From NCBI GenBank assembly GCA_964351765.1, contig CAYGPY010000002.1, positions 1 to 36,289 on the forward strand: a stretch of 36,289 nt of DNA, read 5' to 3'. Of the stretch, positions 16,230 through 26,400 are shown piece by piece (position 1 is the stretch's first letter; the number at the start of each line of letters is the position of its first letter). This DNA comes from an uncultured Vampirovibrionales bacterium. Lineage in GTDB: Bacteria; Cyanobacteriota; Vampirovibrionia; Vampirovibrionales; Vampirovibrionaceae. Below the pieces are notes generated by a model, which was given only the letters and a program-made list of their open reading frames with translations, was not told where the DNA came from and made no database searches. A program made the position numbers and the translations under genes.

Positions 16230-16540
16230 TGAAGATCAAATTAATCGCCGAAAACGCTAAACTATAACTATAAGCTTTATTTGTAGAGCTTTTCAGGTAT
16301 TAGTAACTCAATTCGGTGCAATATTGTGTCTTTTCTTAAATCGCCACAACATTTATTTATTATAGGCTTAATTTTAATAGCCTTATTTCTGCTGTTGAGT
16401 TACGGCATCCTTCTTAATTAGCTGTTCAGGCTTACAACCTCCAATTATTAAGATTCGGCTGCGGGCCTATGAAATGACTATGTTAATCATATAATTAAGT
16501 CATCACAAGGTTTTTATTACTTTTTTAGGAGATGTGTTTC

Positions 16541-17200
16541 ATGCCCACGGCGACTGATAAGATTAGCGTATTTGTGGTGGAGGACTACAAACTTGTTCGT
16601 GTTGGATTACTATCGGTCTTACGTACTGACACCGAATTAAAAGTTCTAGGCGAGTCAGATACGGCTGAAGGCGCCTTGGTCCAAATCAAGGGAATGAAAC
16701 CCGATATCGTATTAATGGACATTGGCCTTCCTGGTATGAACGGTATTGAAGCCACAGAACAGGTTAAAGAACACTGCCCTGATACAAAAGTAATTATGCT
16801 AACCTCTCATGATGAAGAAACCGAAGTACTCGCTGCAATGAGTGCTGGTGCCAACGCATTTTGCTTAAAAGACATTCCTTCTGACAGTTTAATTGAGGTT
16901 ATCAAGTCCGTTCACAACGGAGCGATTTGGCTGGATCCTCAAATTGCTAAAATTGCAATGAACCTTTTTGCCAATAATGACCCCGCCGATATCAATACAG
17001 ACTTAAAAAACCAACTTACCGAAAGAGAACAACAGGTTTTAGAACTCATTGTTGAGGGTAAAAACAACAATGAGATTGCTGAGGTGGTTCACGTCAGTGT
17101 TCACACGATTAAGGTACAAGTTAGCAGCATCTTAGAAAAACTTGCTGTTAATGACCGTGTTCAAGCAGCCGTTAAAGCGGTTAAAGAAGGTATCGTATAA
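16541..17200 (+). CDS. NarL/FixJ-family response regulator (REC + LuxR-type HTH)
   Basis: Receiver motifs VVEDY, DIVLMDIGLPGMNG, IMLTSHD and CLKD. The LuxR HTH reads LTEREQQVLELIVEGKNNNEIAEVVHVSVHTIKVQVSSILEKL. AGGAGA lies 8 nt upstream of the ATG at 16541, whereas the track start at 16532 overlaps the SD. Confidence 0.9.
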   Translation: MPTATDKISVFVVEDYKLVRVGLLSVLRTDTELKVLGESDTAEGALVQIKGMKPDIVLMDIGLPGMNGIEATEQVKEHCPDTKVIMLTSHDEETEVLAAMSAGANAFCLKDIPSDSLIEVIKSVHNGAIWLDPQIAKIAMNLFANNDPADINTDLKNQLTEREQQVLELIVEGKNNNEIAEVVHVSVHTIKVQVSSILEKLAVNDRVQAAVKAVKEGIV

Positions 17201-17203
17201 ACG

Positions 17204-19045
17204 GTGTTAACGGTTGAAACAGTGAAAAACGCCAATAATACCCTCGTCAATCAAATGGAATGGCGATTTAATATCGTAACCATTGTGTTGATTGTTATTG
17301 CGTTAATGAACTTTTTGATTATTGGGTATCAAATTAATATCAACGACCTCTACGATGATCTCACCACCGATGTAGAACAACAGAAAACGCTAATACTATA
17401 CCTTGCAGATCAGTCCGACCAACTGGTGGAAGCACGCACAGAGGAAGAAGTGAATACAGCTCGCCTTGAATTAATGGTGAGCTTAAACCAACTGGTTAAA
17501 ACTTATGGGTACGTCAAAAGCGGAAAAAAAGGGCTTTTTGTCAGTGTTAAGCCTTCTAAAAAAGTGGACTCTTTATTATATGAACCGCCTCATATTATTG
17601 ATGCCCGCATGGAAACCTTCATTCAAGAAGTGAGTGCCTTTTCCGAGTCAAAAGATCGCGATCTGCATTCAACCAACCTTCATTATGAAAACATTTCACG
17701 ATTCATCAAACGTCAAAAATTAGCCACCGAACTTGACGGTCTAATCAAAGAATATCAGAACGAAGTTGAAGTGAAAACAGAAAACCTTAAACAACTTAAT
17801 AACATCAACTTTATTGTGATTGTTGTGATGGCCATGATGGCCAAGATCTTTATTTTTCACCCACTCATTAACCTTTCAAGAGGGAGTTTGGATCAGATAT
17901 CAGAAGAACTCCAAAAAAGGCAAAAATCAGAACTTCAGTTAAAGCGTAACCAACGTCGCCTAAGACAAATGATGAACTCGGTTCCAGAGAGCGTAATGGT
18001 GATTTCACACGAGGGGAGCATTAAATACATTAATCCCTCCTCTGAACGCCTATTTGAGTATTCATCTGAAGAACTAGAGCAACTTAAACTAGAGACCCTT
18101 GTCTCCTCCATTACTGTGGACGAGAAGGGTGAGATTGATACCTCGGTATTTCTGAATGACATCCTTGAAGAAGTACCTGATGAAGAGCGTGTCATTTGTA
18201 ATTTTACAGGCATAACTAAATCAGGGGATACCTTTCCGGGTCAGTTGTCTATTGTTAAACAATCCGATCAGGAAGATCGCTATACGGCCGTTCTTTGGGA
18301 TATGACCTCTGAGATTGCAGCCGCCAAGCAAAAAGAAGTGTTTGTCGCAACGTTAACCCACGATTTAAAAACACCCATTAAGGCAGAATATCGTGTGTTT
18401 GAAGAAATGAAGCGAGGTACCTTTGGAGATCTGCCGGAGGGTGTGATGGACGTGCTTGACGAATTAATTAAATCCAATCGATTTGTTCATAACATGGTAG
18501 AAAACCTCCTTGCTAACTACCGCTATCAAGCCGGTGTGGTTAATATTGTTAAAAAAGATGTTAATCTCAATGAAATGATTCAAGAGATTGTAGCCAGTGA
18601 TTTGCGTCTGTTAGCCAGTGAGAAAAATCACGAAATTAAACTTTCACTTGATAAAACCATTGGTAAGATCCCCTTAGACCAAGTGGAGATGAAACGCGTT
18701 ATCTATAATCTGCTACAAAATGCCATCAGCTACACGCCACCTGATACAGTTATCACAATTGGTACAAAAACGACAAAAACACATGGCATTATCACTATTG
18801 AAGATAACGGCCAAGGTATTTCCCCTGAAAATGTGGCCTCACTATTCGAACCGTTTCAATCTCAGGCTAAAAAATACAAACAAATTGGTTCAGGCTTAGG
18901 ACTGTATCTATGCAAACAGGTCGTTGATTATCATGGTGGCGAGATCAACGTGGATTCAAATGTAGGCAAAGGTACTATTTTCACCATCAACCTTCCCCTA
19001 ACATCCGCGATTAATACTGAAAATGAGATAGCCTCAATGGCATAG
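17204..19045 (+). CDS. Sensor histidine kinase (2 TM, ~155-aa extracytoplasmic region, PAS, HisKA, HATPase_c)
   Basis: H-box VATLTHDLKTPI, N-box VIYNLLQNAISYT, G1 IEDNGQGI and G2 GSGLGLYL. The PAS-like segment is MNSVPESVMVISHEGSIKYINPSSERLFEY. TM helices lie near aa 22-45 and 200-220. The GTG start is 4 nt after the regulator stop. Confidence 0.9.
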   Translation: MLTVETVKNANNTLVNQMEWRFNIVTIVLIVIALMNFLIIGYQININDLYDDLTTDVEQQKTLILYLADQSDQLVEARTEEEVNTARLELMVSLNQLVKTYGYVKSGKKGLFVSVKPSKKVDSLLYEPPHIIDARMETFIQEVSAFSESKDRDLHSTNLHYENISRFIKRQKLATELDGLIKEYQNEVEVKTENLKQLNNINFIVIVVMAMMAKIFIFHPLINLSRGSLDQISEELQKRQKSELQLKRNQRRLRQMMNSVPESVMVISHEGSIKYINPSSERLFEYSSEELEQLKLETLVSSITVDEKGEIDTSVFLNDILEEVPDEERVICNFTGITKSGDTFPGQLSIVKQSDQEDRYTAVLWDMTSEIAAAKQKEVFVATLTHDLKTPIKAEYRVFEEMKRGTFGDLPEGVMDVLDELIKSNRFVHNMVENLLANYRYQAGVVNIVKKDVNLNEMIQEIVASDLRLLASEKNHEIKLSLDKTIGKIPLDQVEMKRVIYNLLQNAISYTPPDTVITIGTKTTKTHGIITIEDNGQGISPENVASLFEPFQSQAKKYKQIGSGLGLYLCKQVVDYHGGEINVDSNVGKGTIFTINLPLTSAINTENEIASMA

Positions 19046-19292
19046 GCTCCATCAAATTCTCAGTAATTAAAAAGCTTGTGAGTCGTGCTTTCCAAGAGTA
19101 TATACAAACAGCCTAACCACTTGGCTACTGACTTATAAATACATGAGGAATACGGATTGAGGTGTGTAAAGGCTATAGTTAATACATTGAAGTTCGGTTA
19201 TCAGTCATTTCGAATCTATCGATGACATCTGACTGAACTATCAAACAAGTTTAACTAGCCACTCTCTCAATTAAGAAAATCCTGAAACCCTT

Positions 19293-19332
19293 AACCAAGG
19301 AGTGGGAATCCTGCTCCTTGGTCTTTCTTTTT
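19293..19332 (+). terminator. Rho-independent terminator about 250 nt downstream of the kinase stop
   Basis: AACCAAGGAG (19293-19302) pairs with CTCCTTGGT (19314-19322) around an 11-nt loop. The T-rich run CTTTCTTTTTC follows. Confidence 0.6.
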
Positions 19333-19523
19333 CAAGAGACAAACTAGCAAAAAACAAGAAAATTCAATATTAGTGAACTTTTTAAATTTTTTAAGTCCTT
19401 ATACATAGTTTAAAATACATACAGGTCTAAACAATTACATGGCACAAAAGATAACAGTTACCGTTAAAGTTAGAAATCACACATAATTCATTTTATTAAA
19501 TCGTTTAATTAGGAGAAACCCAC

Positions 19524-20828
19524 ATGAAATTCAATACCATTAAATTAGCAGCACCAATGCTTGCTTTAGCTGTCTCAGTTCAAATGATTGGTGCAAGTAG
19601 CGCATTAGCCGCCAACTTTACCGATACAAACAACCACTGGGCTGAAACCAACATTAGTGTTCTCAGTGACGCTCAAGTTATTGGTGGCTACCAAGACGGC
19701 TCATTTAAGCCTGAAGGCTTGATTACCCGCGCTGAGTTTGCAACCATCCTCTCTAAAGCGATGCGTTTAAATGTACAGAGTTCTTACAGTCTGTTTGCTG
19801 ATGTTGATAATGGCTTTTGGGCGACCCCCCATATTAACGCTGTTAAGAATGCGGGTTTGATTTCTGGATACCCAGGTAACCAGTTCAAGCCTAATAAATA
19901 CATCAGCCGTGCTGAAGTAATGACCATTTTATCCAGTGCTGATAAAGGTGCCTTACCAGCTAACTTCTCAGCTGATAACATCTTGAACCATCACCCTGAT
20001 GGTAGCCAAGTACCAACTTGGGCACGTGAGTCCGTTGCTGAAGCAGCCTTTAAAAATGTAATGAAGAATGAGCCATCACGTGCTAATTACATTGATGCTA
20101 ACGACCTAGCCACCCGTGGTGAAGTTGCAGCAATGATTTATAGCATGGGTAACAACATGCCTAATCTTGCGTTCAACGCTTCAACCAACACACAGGCTAG
20201 CAACAACAATAATAATAGCAATACAAACAATAACGCTCTTCAAGCGCGTATTGTAACCGTACCTGCGACGACTGAGTTTGCTGCCACACTTGAGACAGCC
20301 ATTCACTCTGAATTGTCCCGTGAAGGCGACCAAGTGGTTGCTATTATTGCCCAACCATTGTTGAGCTTAGACAAAACCGCTATCGTTGTTCCATCAGGCT
20401 CCAAAATGATTGGTAAAATCATGATGGTTGAAGATGCCGGTCGTATGGGCAAAGATGCGAAAATGCGTATTGAGTTTACCGAACTTGTATTACCAAACGG
20501 TGAAAAAACCACGCTAAGTGCCCGCATTGCAACCGAAGACGGCTTGCTTAAAGGCGGTACAACAAAAGGGCGTGTTGGCGAAGCTGCTCTTAGAACAGCC
20601 GTAGGCGCCGGTTTAGGTGCTGCTGTAGGTACAGCAATGGGCCCATTGTCGGGCGGTAAAGTTGGTAAAGGTGCTATCTATGGTACTGCTGTAGGTGCTG
20701 GTTTAGGTGCTGCTTCAGCCGGTATCGATAAAGGTAGCGACGTTATCATTAAGACAGGTGAGCAGCTTAAAATTCAGTTGACTCAACCGATTACCTTAAC
20801 GGCTAACCAGTCAGCCACCGTTCAATAA
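19524..20828 (+). CDS. Secreted SLH-domain protein (3 SLH repeats) with an N-rich linker, a TrbI/VirB10-like-looking beta domain and a glycine-zipper tail
   Basis: Signal peptide ...VQMIGASSALA. SLH repeats include FTDTNNHWAETNISVLSDAQVIGGYQDGSFKPEGLITRAEFATILSKA and FADVDNGFWATPHINAVKNAGLISGYPGNQFKPNKYISRAEVMTILS, plus a third degenerate repeat ending TRGEVAAMIYS. The linker is SNNNNNSNTNNN. The Gly zipper reads VGAGLGAAVGTAMG...GTAVGAGLGAASAG. A strong AGGAGA SD is present. Confidence 0.8.
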   Translation: MKFNTIKLAAPMLALAVSVQMIGASSALAANFTDTNNHWAETNISVLSDAQVIGGYQDGSFKPEGLITRAEFATILSKAMRLNVQSSYSLFADVDNGFWATPHINAVKNAGLISGYPGNQFKPNKYISRAEVMTILSSADKGALPANFSADNILNHHPDGSQVPTWARESVAEAAFKNVMKNEPSRANYIDANDLATRGEVAAMIYSMGNNMPNLAFNASTNTQASNNNNNSNTNNNALQARIVTVPATTEFAATLETAIHSELSREGDQVVAIIAQPLLSLDKTAIVVPSGSKMIGKIMMVEDAGRMGKDAKMRIEFTELVLPNGEKTTLSARIATEDGLLKGGTTKGRVGEAALRTAVGAGLGAAVGTAMGPLSGGKVGKGAIYGTAVGAGLGAASAGIDKGSDVIIKTGEQLKIQLTQPITLTANQSATVQ

Positions 20829-20840
20829 TATATCCATCTC

Positions 20841-20886
20841 AAATAGCTGGGTTTGACTTATTTCTTAAGTCAGCCCAGCTATTTTT
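20841..20886 (+). terminator. Rho-independent terminator of the SLH-protein gene
   Basis: AAATAGCTGGG..GACTTA (20841-20860) pairs with TAAGTC..CCCAGCTATTT (about 20866-20884) with a small internal bulge. A T-run follows to 20886. Confidence 0.75.
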
Positions 20887-20919
20887 AAATCAATTATTTT
20901 AATCAGGAGATCTTACATT

Positions 20920-21438
20920 ATGAAAAATTATATTTTATTCGCATTAGCAGGCACAATCATTTTTAACGGTTGTGCAACAAGCACCACTACATCAGATTCA
21001 GATCAACCAAATGGTTCCGATGAATCCACATTAACCGTTGAATTTAATAAAGACGACTTCAAAAAAGATGTTGAAGAAATTGGTAATCAAGCAGAAAAGC
21101 AAGTTGATGAAATTGCTGCATCGATACAACTAAATTACGAGCAAATGATGGGTGATATTAATCAAGAAATTGACGTACTTCAACGTCAGGCTCGCACCGC
21201 ATCTTCAGATGTATCTTCAGATCTAAGCGCACGTATCGATGTATTTGAACGCAAAAAAGAAACCATTAAAAATGACTACAATGCCATTACCATCAAAACG
21301 CCAGACAAGGTCTCTGTCAAAGTAAATAATGAGGGCTGGAACAATGTAAAAGCGGATATGGATACATTGTGGTCCGATCTTAAAAAAGAAGTCGATAACG
21401 GTGTCACTGTGACGGTTAAAACAGAGGGAAAACAGTAA
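20920..21438 (+). CDS. Lipoprotein, hypothetical (charged, helical, coiled-coil-like)
   Basis: Lipobox-like MKNYILFALAGTIIFNG-C, followed by an S/T/D-rich linker and a K/E/D-rich sequence. A CAGGAGA SD is present. Confidence 0.7.
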   Translation: MKNYILFALAGTIIFNGCATSTTTSDSDQPNGSDESTLTVEFNKDDFKKDVEEIGNQAEKQVDEIAASIQLNYEQMMGDINQEIDVLQRQARTASSDVSSDLSARIDVFERKKETIKNDYNAITIKTPDKVSVKVNNEGWNNVKADMDTLWSDLKKEVDNGVTVTVKTEGKQ

Positions 21439-21439
21439 T

Positions 21440-21784
21440 ATGTTAACGATGCTATTACACTGGCTTATCTCAGCTGTCGCCTTAATGATCGTTGCTTATA
21501 TTTTACCAGGTATCGCGATCAGTGGCTTAGGCGTGGCGATGATTGCCACCATCATTATGGGGCTTGTTAATATTTTAGTTAAACCTATAATGCTACTGTT
21601 AACACTGCCCATATCGATTTTAACGCTAGGGTTATTTACCTTTGTAATCAATGCTGCTATGTTTGGCTTAGCAGCATGGTTTGTTCCTGGTTTTTCTGTA
21701 ACAGGCTTTTGGAGCGCTTTATTTGGCTCGATATTATTAACGTTCATCTCAGGGGCGTTTAATAAATTTGCTGATGCCAAATAG
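21440..21784 (+). CDS. DUF360/YvlD (phage-holin-4-like) family membrane protein
   Basis: Four hydrophobic segments with the family-typical pattern (WLISAVALMIVAYILPGI...GLVNILVKPIMLLLTLPISILTLGLFTFVINAAMFGLAAWFVPGF). It starts 1 nt after the lipoprotein stop. Confidence 0.75.
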   Translation: MLTMLLHWLISAVALMIVAYILPGIAISGLGVAMIATIIMGLVNILVKPIMLLLTLPISILTLGLFTFVINAAMFGLAAWFVPGFSVTGFWSALFGSILLTFISGAFNKFADAK

Positions 21785-21807
21785 TCAAAAAAATGAAACA
21801 CATTCAA

Positions 21808-21845
21808 AATAAGGACGACTTTAAACAAGGCGTCCTTATTTTTTA
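21808..21845. terminator. Bidirectional rho-independent terminator
   Basis: AATAAGGACG (21808-21817) pairs with CGTCCTTATT (21831-21840), followed by T5. It lies between the convergent genes ending at 21784 (+) and 21846 (-). Confidence 0.7.
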
Positions 21846-22850
21846 TTAAATTGAATCCACTATTTTTTTAAATGAGCTAAATGTATCATCAATAACCGCT
21901 TGTAAGTTATGCGTATTTTCAGGACACAATATAGGAAATGACGTTCTGCTAGATTGCACACGGAACTGAGTATCAACGTGAGGAGTATGTGCTTCTGAGG
22001 CAATAGTAATTATATTTCCATCCGCCTGAATAGGAATCGATTTCAAGCTGGAAATATTAAAGTGGGTTGATTCAAAATATAAGAAATAAGGGCTGTCTAT
22101 TTCATCTATCGTGCCACGCATAACATGGTAAAAAATCGTAAGCAAATCCTCTGAAAATCCAGGGAGTAGAACAAGTGCATCTAAATGAGGTTTGAGCGTT
22201 TCTTCTTTTGAAAACAGCCCAAATATATTTTGAACGTCAAAATGTTGGATAAACATAATACCGCTACATAAGCCTTCATAAAGATTATCCAGTTTCCCAC
22301 TTGTAATTTCACCTTCTAAGATGACGTCATAATTCAAATCAGTATCAATCACACTAAACCCTTTTAATACATAAGCAAGTATACCTATTTCGCGTTTAAT
22401 GTTTTTGTTGGTTTTTTGCATCACGTCTGCATCAAATCCAATACCTGCAGAAATAAAGAATGGTGTGTTATTCAAATGTGCGGGGTTCAATTGGCGCGTA
22501 TAGCCCTCAGTGATGATTTTTAATGCCTCTGGAATCGTTTCAGGGATATTTAGCATTTTTGCCAACAAATTACCTGTTCCCAATGGAATAAGTCCAATTA
22601 TTAATTTTTGATTCGAAGCATAAATATCCAAGGCCGTTTGAAGTGTCCCATCACCACCACAAACAATTAAAGTATCGATATGCGGATTTGTTTTAATATG
22701 AGCGAGTGTCATCTCAAGAGCAGCGCGTTCCGAATCTTCGACAACTAGCGTATAGCTATCCGTAGGCAATAAACGCTCGATACAAAGTTTTAAGAACGGG
22801 ATATCAGCACTACCCGCATGAGGGTTGGCAATAATAAGATAATGAGACAT
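21846..22850 (-). CDS. Diacylglycerol-kinase-family lipid kinase (YegS/BmrU-like)
   Basis: DAGK catalytic-domain motifs are present: IIANPHAGS, LIVCGGDGTLQTALD and LIPLGTGNLLAKML. Confidence 0.8.
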   Translation of the reverse strand: MSHYLIIANPHAGSADIPFLKLCIERLLPTDSYTLVVEDSERAALEMTLAHIKTNPHIDTLIVCGGDGTLQTALDIYASNQKLIIGLIPLGTGNLLAKMLNIPETIPEALKIITEGYTRQLNPAHLNNTPFFISAGIGFDADVMQKTNKNIKREIGILAYVLKGFSVIDTDLNYDVILEGEITSGKLDNLYEGLCSGIMFIQHFDVQNIFGLFSKEETLKPHLDALVLLPGFSEDLLTIFYHVMRGTIDEIDSPYFLYFESTHFNISSLKSIPIQADGNIITIASEAHTPHVDTQFRVQSSRTSFPILCPENTHNLQAVIDDTFSSFKKIVDSI

Positions 22851-23410
22851 GGAGACGAATAACCTATACTGTAACTATTTACTTTGCCCATTATATCCTT
22901 AAAACAAAAATGAGTACTTCATCGTTATTCATCCTTTTTTGAGTTAAAAAACAGGTTAATCCTATTTTAATGAGTGATGTATTTAGGTGTTCAAAGGCCA
23001 AAGAGAAATACTCTCTAAAATCAAAGCCGCTGAATGGCATGCAGCTCAATAGATATTGAGTTCCATAGTAATTGCATCCTTATAATGCAAAGCGATTTTC
23101 ACATTACAGCAAATCGTTGATTTTTGCTGTTAAAAATACAATGTTTACATTAATTATTTGTGCAAAAAAAACAGATTAATCATACGCACCAAGGTGACTA
23201 TAGAGGCATAAACAAATTACAATAAAAGGGAAGGATACATATATCTGCCTCAAAAGCTAAAGGTTTAGCAAGTTTTGCCGATATTACCTACATCAGTACC
23301 TAAGTACCTATTTCAATGGTGTTTTAATCAGGGTACTGAAAGCTTAAACACAATTTTCAGAAATCCAGTCAAGTCTAATATTACCAACCCTTCAGGTCGT
23401 TTTTATTTTT

Positions 23411-26400
23411 ATGGGTTATACACCTCGTAAACTAAAGCACACCTACCGTCGAGCAGTATCGGCGTTTTTAGCCATGTTGATTGTATTTACCTATAGCGCT
23501 GCAGGTGTTCTCACGGCTCAGGCACTACCAACAGGGTGGAACGTTGTTGAAGGTAACGTTTCTGTGGATATTACTGGTGATATTATGACCATTACCAGCA
23601 CCACGGATACAGCCATCATCAGCTACATCAGTTTTGATCTAGCCAATGGTGAAACCATCAACTTTATTATGCCTGGGGCCTCAAGTTCCATCATTAACCA
23701 AGTCATTGGTGGCAATATCAGTAACATTGCTGGAACCATTAACGCCAACGGTATTATTGGTCTTCAAAATACGGCAGGTATTCAAATTGCAAATTCAGCG
23801 CAAATTAATGCGGCTGCTTTATTAGCAACCACCCTCAACATTGGTAATTTTGATGGCAACAGTATTGGATTGATGAAAGACGCCGGTCAAGATGGTGCCG
23901 CCATTGTGAACGAGGGTGATATCAATGTTAGTAAATACGCTATTTTAGCAGGTTCTGGCATTGCTAACATGGGTAGCATTATTGCTGAAGATGGTACGAT
24001 TCACTTAGCCGTTGGTGATTCTATGACGTTTCACTTATCGGACAACCAAAGTATTTCAGTCACGATTGATGACGGTATTCAAGACACCATTGATGGTTTA
24101 AACGCCACAATTACTAACTCAGGCACAATGGAAGCGCATCAGGTTGAGTTAAAAGCCAAGCTTGCCGATCAGGTGATTGCCCAAGCCATTAACAACGATG
24201 GCGTGATTGAAGCCACGCAACTCAATAACAACGGCGGAACCATTGTTATTGAAGCCATCGGTGGCACACACACCGTTATGAATAGTGGTACCTTAATGGC
24301 CACAGGTAATGCCAATCAATCCGGCGGTGCCATTCATGTGCTGGGTCAAAACATTACTCACCAAGGTGCAACACTCGATGTAAGTGGTGGTACCGGTGGT
24401 GGTAACATCCTTATTGGTGGTGACTATCAAGGCAAGGGTTCCGTTCAGAATGCATTAAACACAACGATCGATGAAAATACTGCGATCAAAGCTAACGCCA
24501 CAAGTGCTGGTGATGGCGGACGTATCATTGTTTGGGCTGATGAGAGCACTGTATTTAAAGGTGATATTTCTGCCACCGGTGGTGCTGTCTCTGGTGATGG
24601 TGGCTTTGCAGAAGTTTCAGGTAAACAGGATCTATTATTCTCAAATTTAGCATCAGCTAATTTAACTGCAACTAATGGCTCTACGGGTACATTGTTGCTT
24701 GATCCAACCAATATTGATATTTATAATGGTGCAGGTACTGATACGGCCAGTGTGTTTTATGAACAAAACCTAGAAACTCTATCTTTAAGCAGTAATATTG
24801 TTTTAATGGCAGATGATAATATTCGTATGCGTAACCTAGCCGATAACGTTTTAGGTCTAGGCGCCAACGATATTACATTGACGACAACCAATTTAGATAT
24901 TTACTTTGATGATGTAAACGATACCATCCGAACTGAAGGCGGTAACATTAATATTACAGCCGGTGATGATATTCGTGTTGGCAGACTAAATACAACCGGT
25001 GCCGCTAGTAATGTGGCTGGTGGTGTTATTGATGTGCGAGCAAACCATGACTTGCAAATTCGAGGCATGAACGCCATTGCAGGTATTACCGCTATTGCTG
25101 ATAACAATAGCAACAATGTTGGTGAATTCCGATTGTATGCTGGTGATGATATCAATACGGGTGGATCCGCTCTAAATGTCCAAGGTGAATTGGTTCGCTT
25201 CTATGACGATGTGTCAACCAGTGGTGGAAGCATTACTGTATTAGGTGACCGTGCTGGTGATGGTACGGGCTTTATTGACTACGCCGCTACAGGAACCGAT
25301 ATTAGTTCAGGCGGTGGTACCATCACCATGACCGCCGATCGTATTTTAATGGATAGTGCCACAAGTACACTGTCTTCGGGTGGCGGTGATATTAACTTGA
25401 TTGATGATGGCGTCAATGACAACGAAGATATCCGTTTAAATAGTGATTTTGCACTTAGTGGACGCAATTTAACCGTGACCACGGCACAAGATTTTGAGAT
25501 GTATGGTACATCAAGCGTAAACATGACGGGTACCGTCTTAGTAAATGCCGATGACGATATTTTGGCCAACGGAAGCACCGTTGGTATTCAAGCAGCGGGC
25601 AATGTGATTTTAAACGCCGATGATGCATTAAACAGCGGTGATGTAACCAGCACAGCAGGTACCATTACTTTATCAGCCGATCATGATGCCAATGGCGTGG
25701 GTAATGCCACTATCTATACAACCACCGATTTAGATGCCAGTGGCAATGACATTACTATTTATGGTCAAACCATTACGTTAAGTAATACCGCAATGACAAC
25801 CAACGGCGGCAATATGTATTTATATGGTAACCGTGCTGGTGTTGGGGCTGGTGTTGTTGATTTTGGTACGAATGCCTTTATCACTACAGGTAATGCAAAC
25901 TTAACGATTCAGAGTGATCAAATGCATTTAGATGGTGGTGCGAGCAGTGGTATTAATGTGGGTACCGGAACACTAACCCTTACTGATAATGGTGCTATTG
26001 ATAACAACGACATTTTAATTAACGGTGGCTTTGCTATCACTGGCCGAAACTTAGTTGCCAACAGTAATCACGATATTAATTTAGCGGGTAACTCGACTAT
26101 CAATATGACCGGCACGATTAACATGAACGCGCTTGATGAGATTACGGCTCAGGGTGGTGATATGACTGCCACGGGTGATATAAACCTCACTGCTGGTGAT
26201 CATAACTATGTGCGTCAAGTGGTAACCACAACGGGTAACATTAACATCATTGCTGATAACAATAATGATGATGTGGGCAACTTTACTATTTATGATGGTA
26301 ATGATGTTGATACTAACGGTGGTAATTTAACCGTACGTGCTGAAAATATTATTATTGCCGATGATGTCTACACCGATGGCGGTAACATTATTCTTGAAGC

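Noticed and set aside
16326-16421. A 31-aa hydrophobic ORF (GTG start; VSFLKSPQHLFIIGLILIALFLLLSYGILLN) in the gap upstream of the response regulator.
   Set aside because: It has no SD and a non-ATG start, and it lies in AT-rich DNA where hydrophobic codons arise by chance. It is worth a Ribo-seq look but is not supportable from sequence.
872-16540. Longer N-terminal extensions proposed by the ORF track for several genes (872 for the OsmC-like gene, 1874 for paralogue A, 7712 for the methyltransferase, 15929 for the two-TM protein, 16532 for the response regulator).
   Set aside because: In each case an internal start has a properly spaced AGGAG-like SD or is the first ATG. The extension either covers that SD or begins at a non-ATG codon, and it adds non-conserved residues.
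19201-19236. A TTCGAAT motif (19209-19215) checked as a possible tRNA T-loop. All intergenic gaps were also scanned for tRNA, CRISPR repeats, IS inverted repeats and DGR template/variable repeat pairs.
   Set aside because: There is no cloverleaf-compatible flanking pairing. I found no regularly spaced direct repeats, no reverse transcriptase or transposase ORF, and no near-identical repeat pairs.
22970-23059. A 29-aa ORF (MSDVFRCSKAKEKYSLKSKPLNGMQLNRY) in the leader of the 2700-aa gene, considered as a possible leader peptide.
   Set aside because: It has no SD and no features of an attenuation peptide. It lies more than 350 nt from the giant gene's start.
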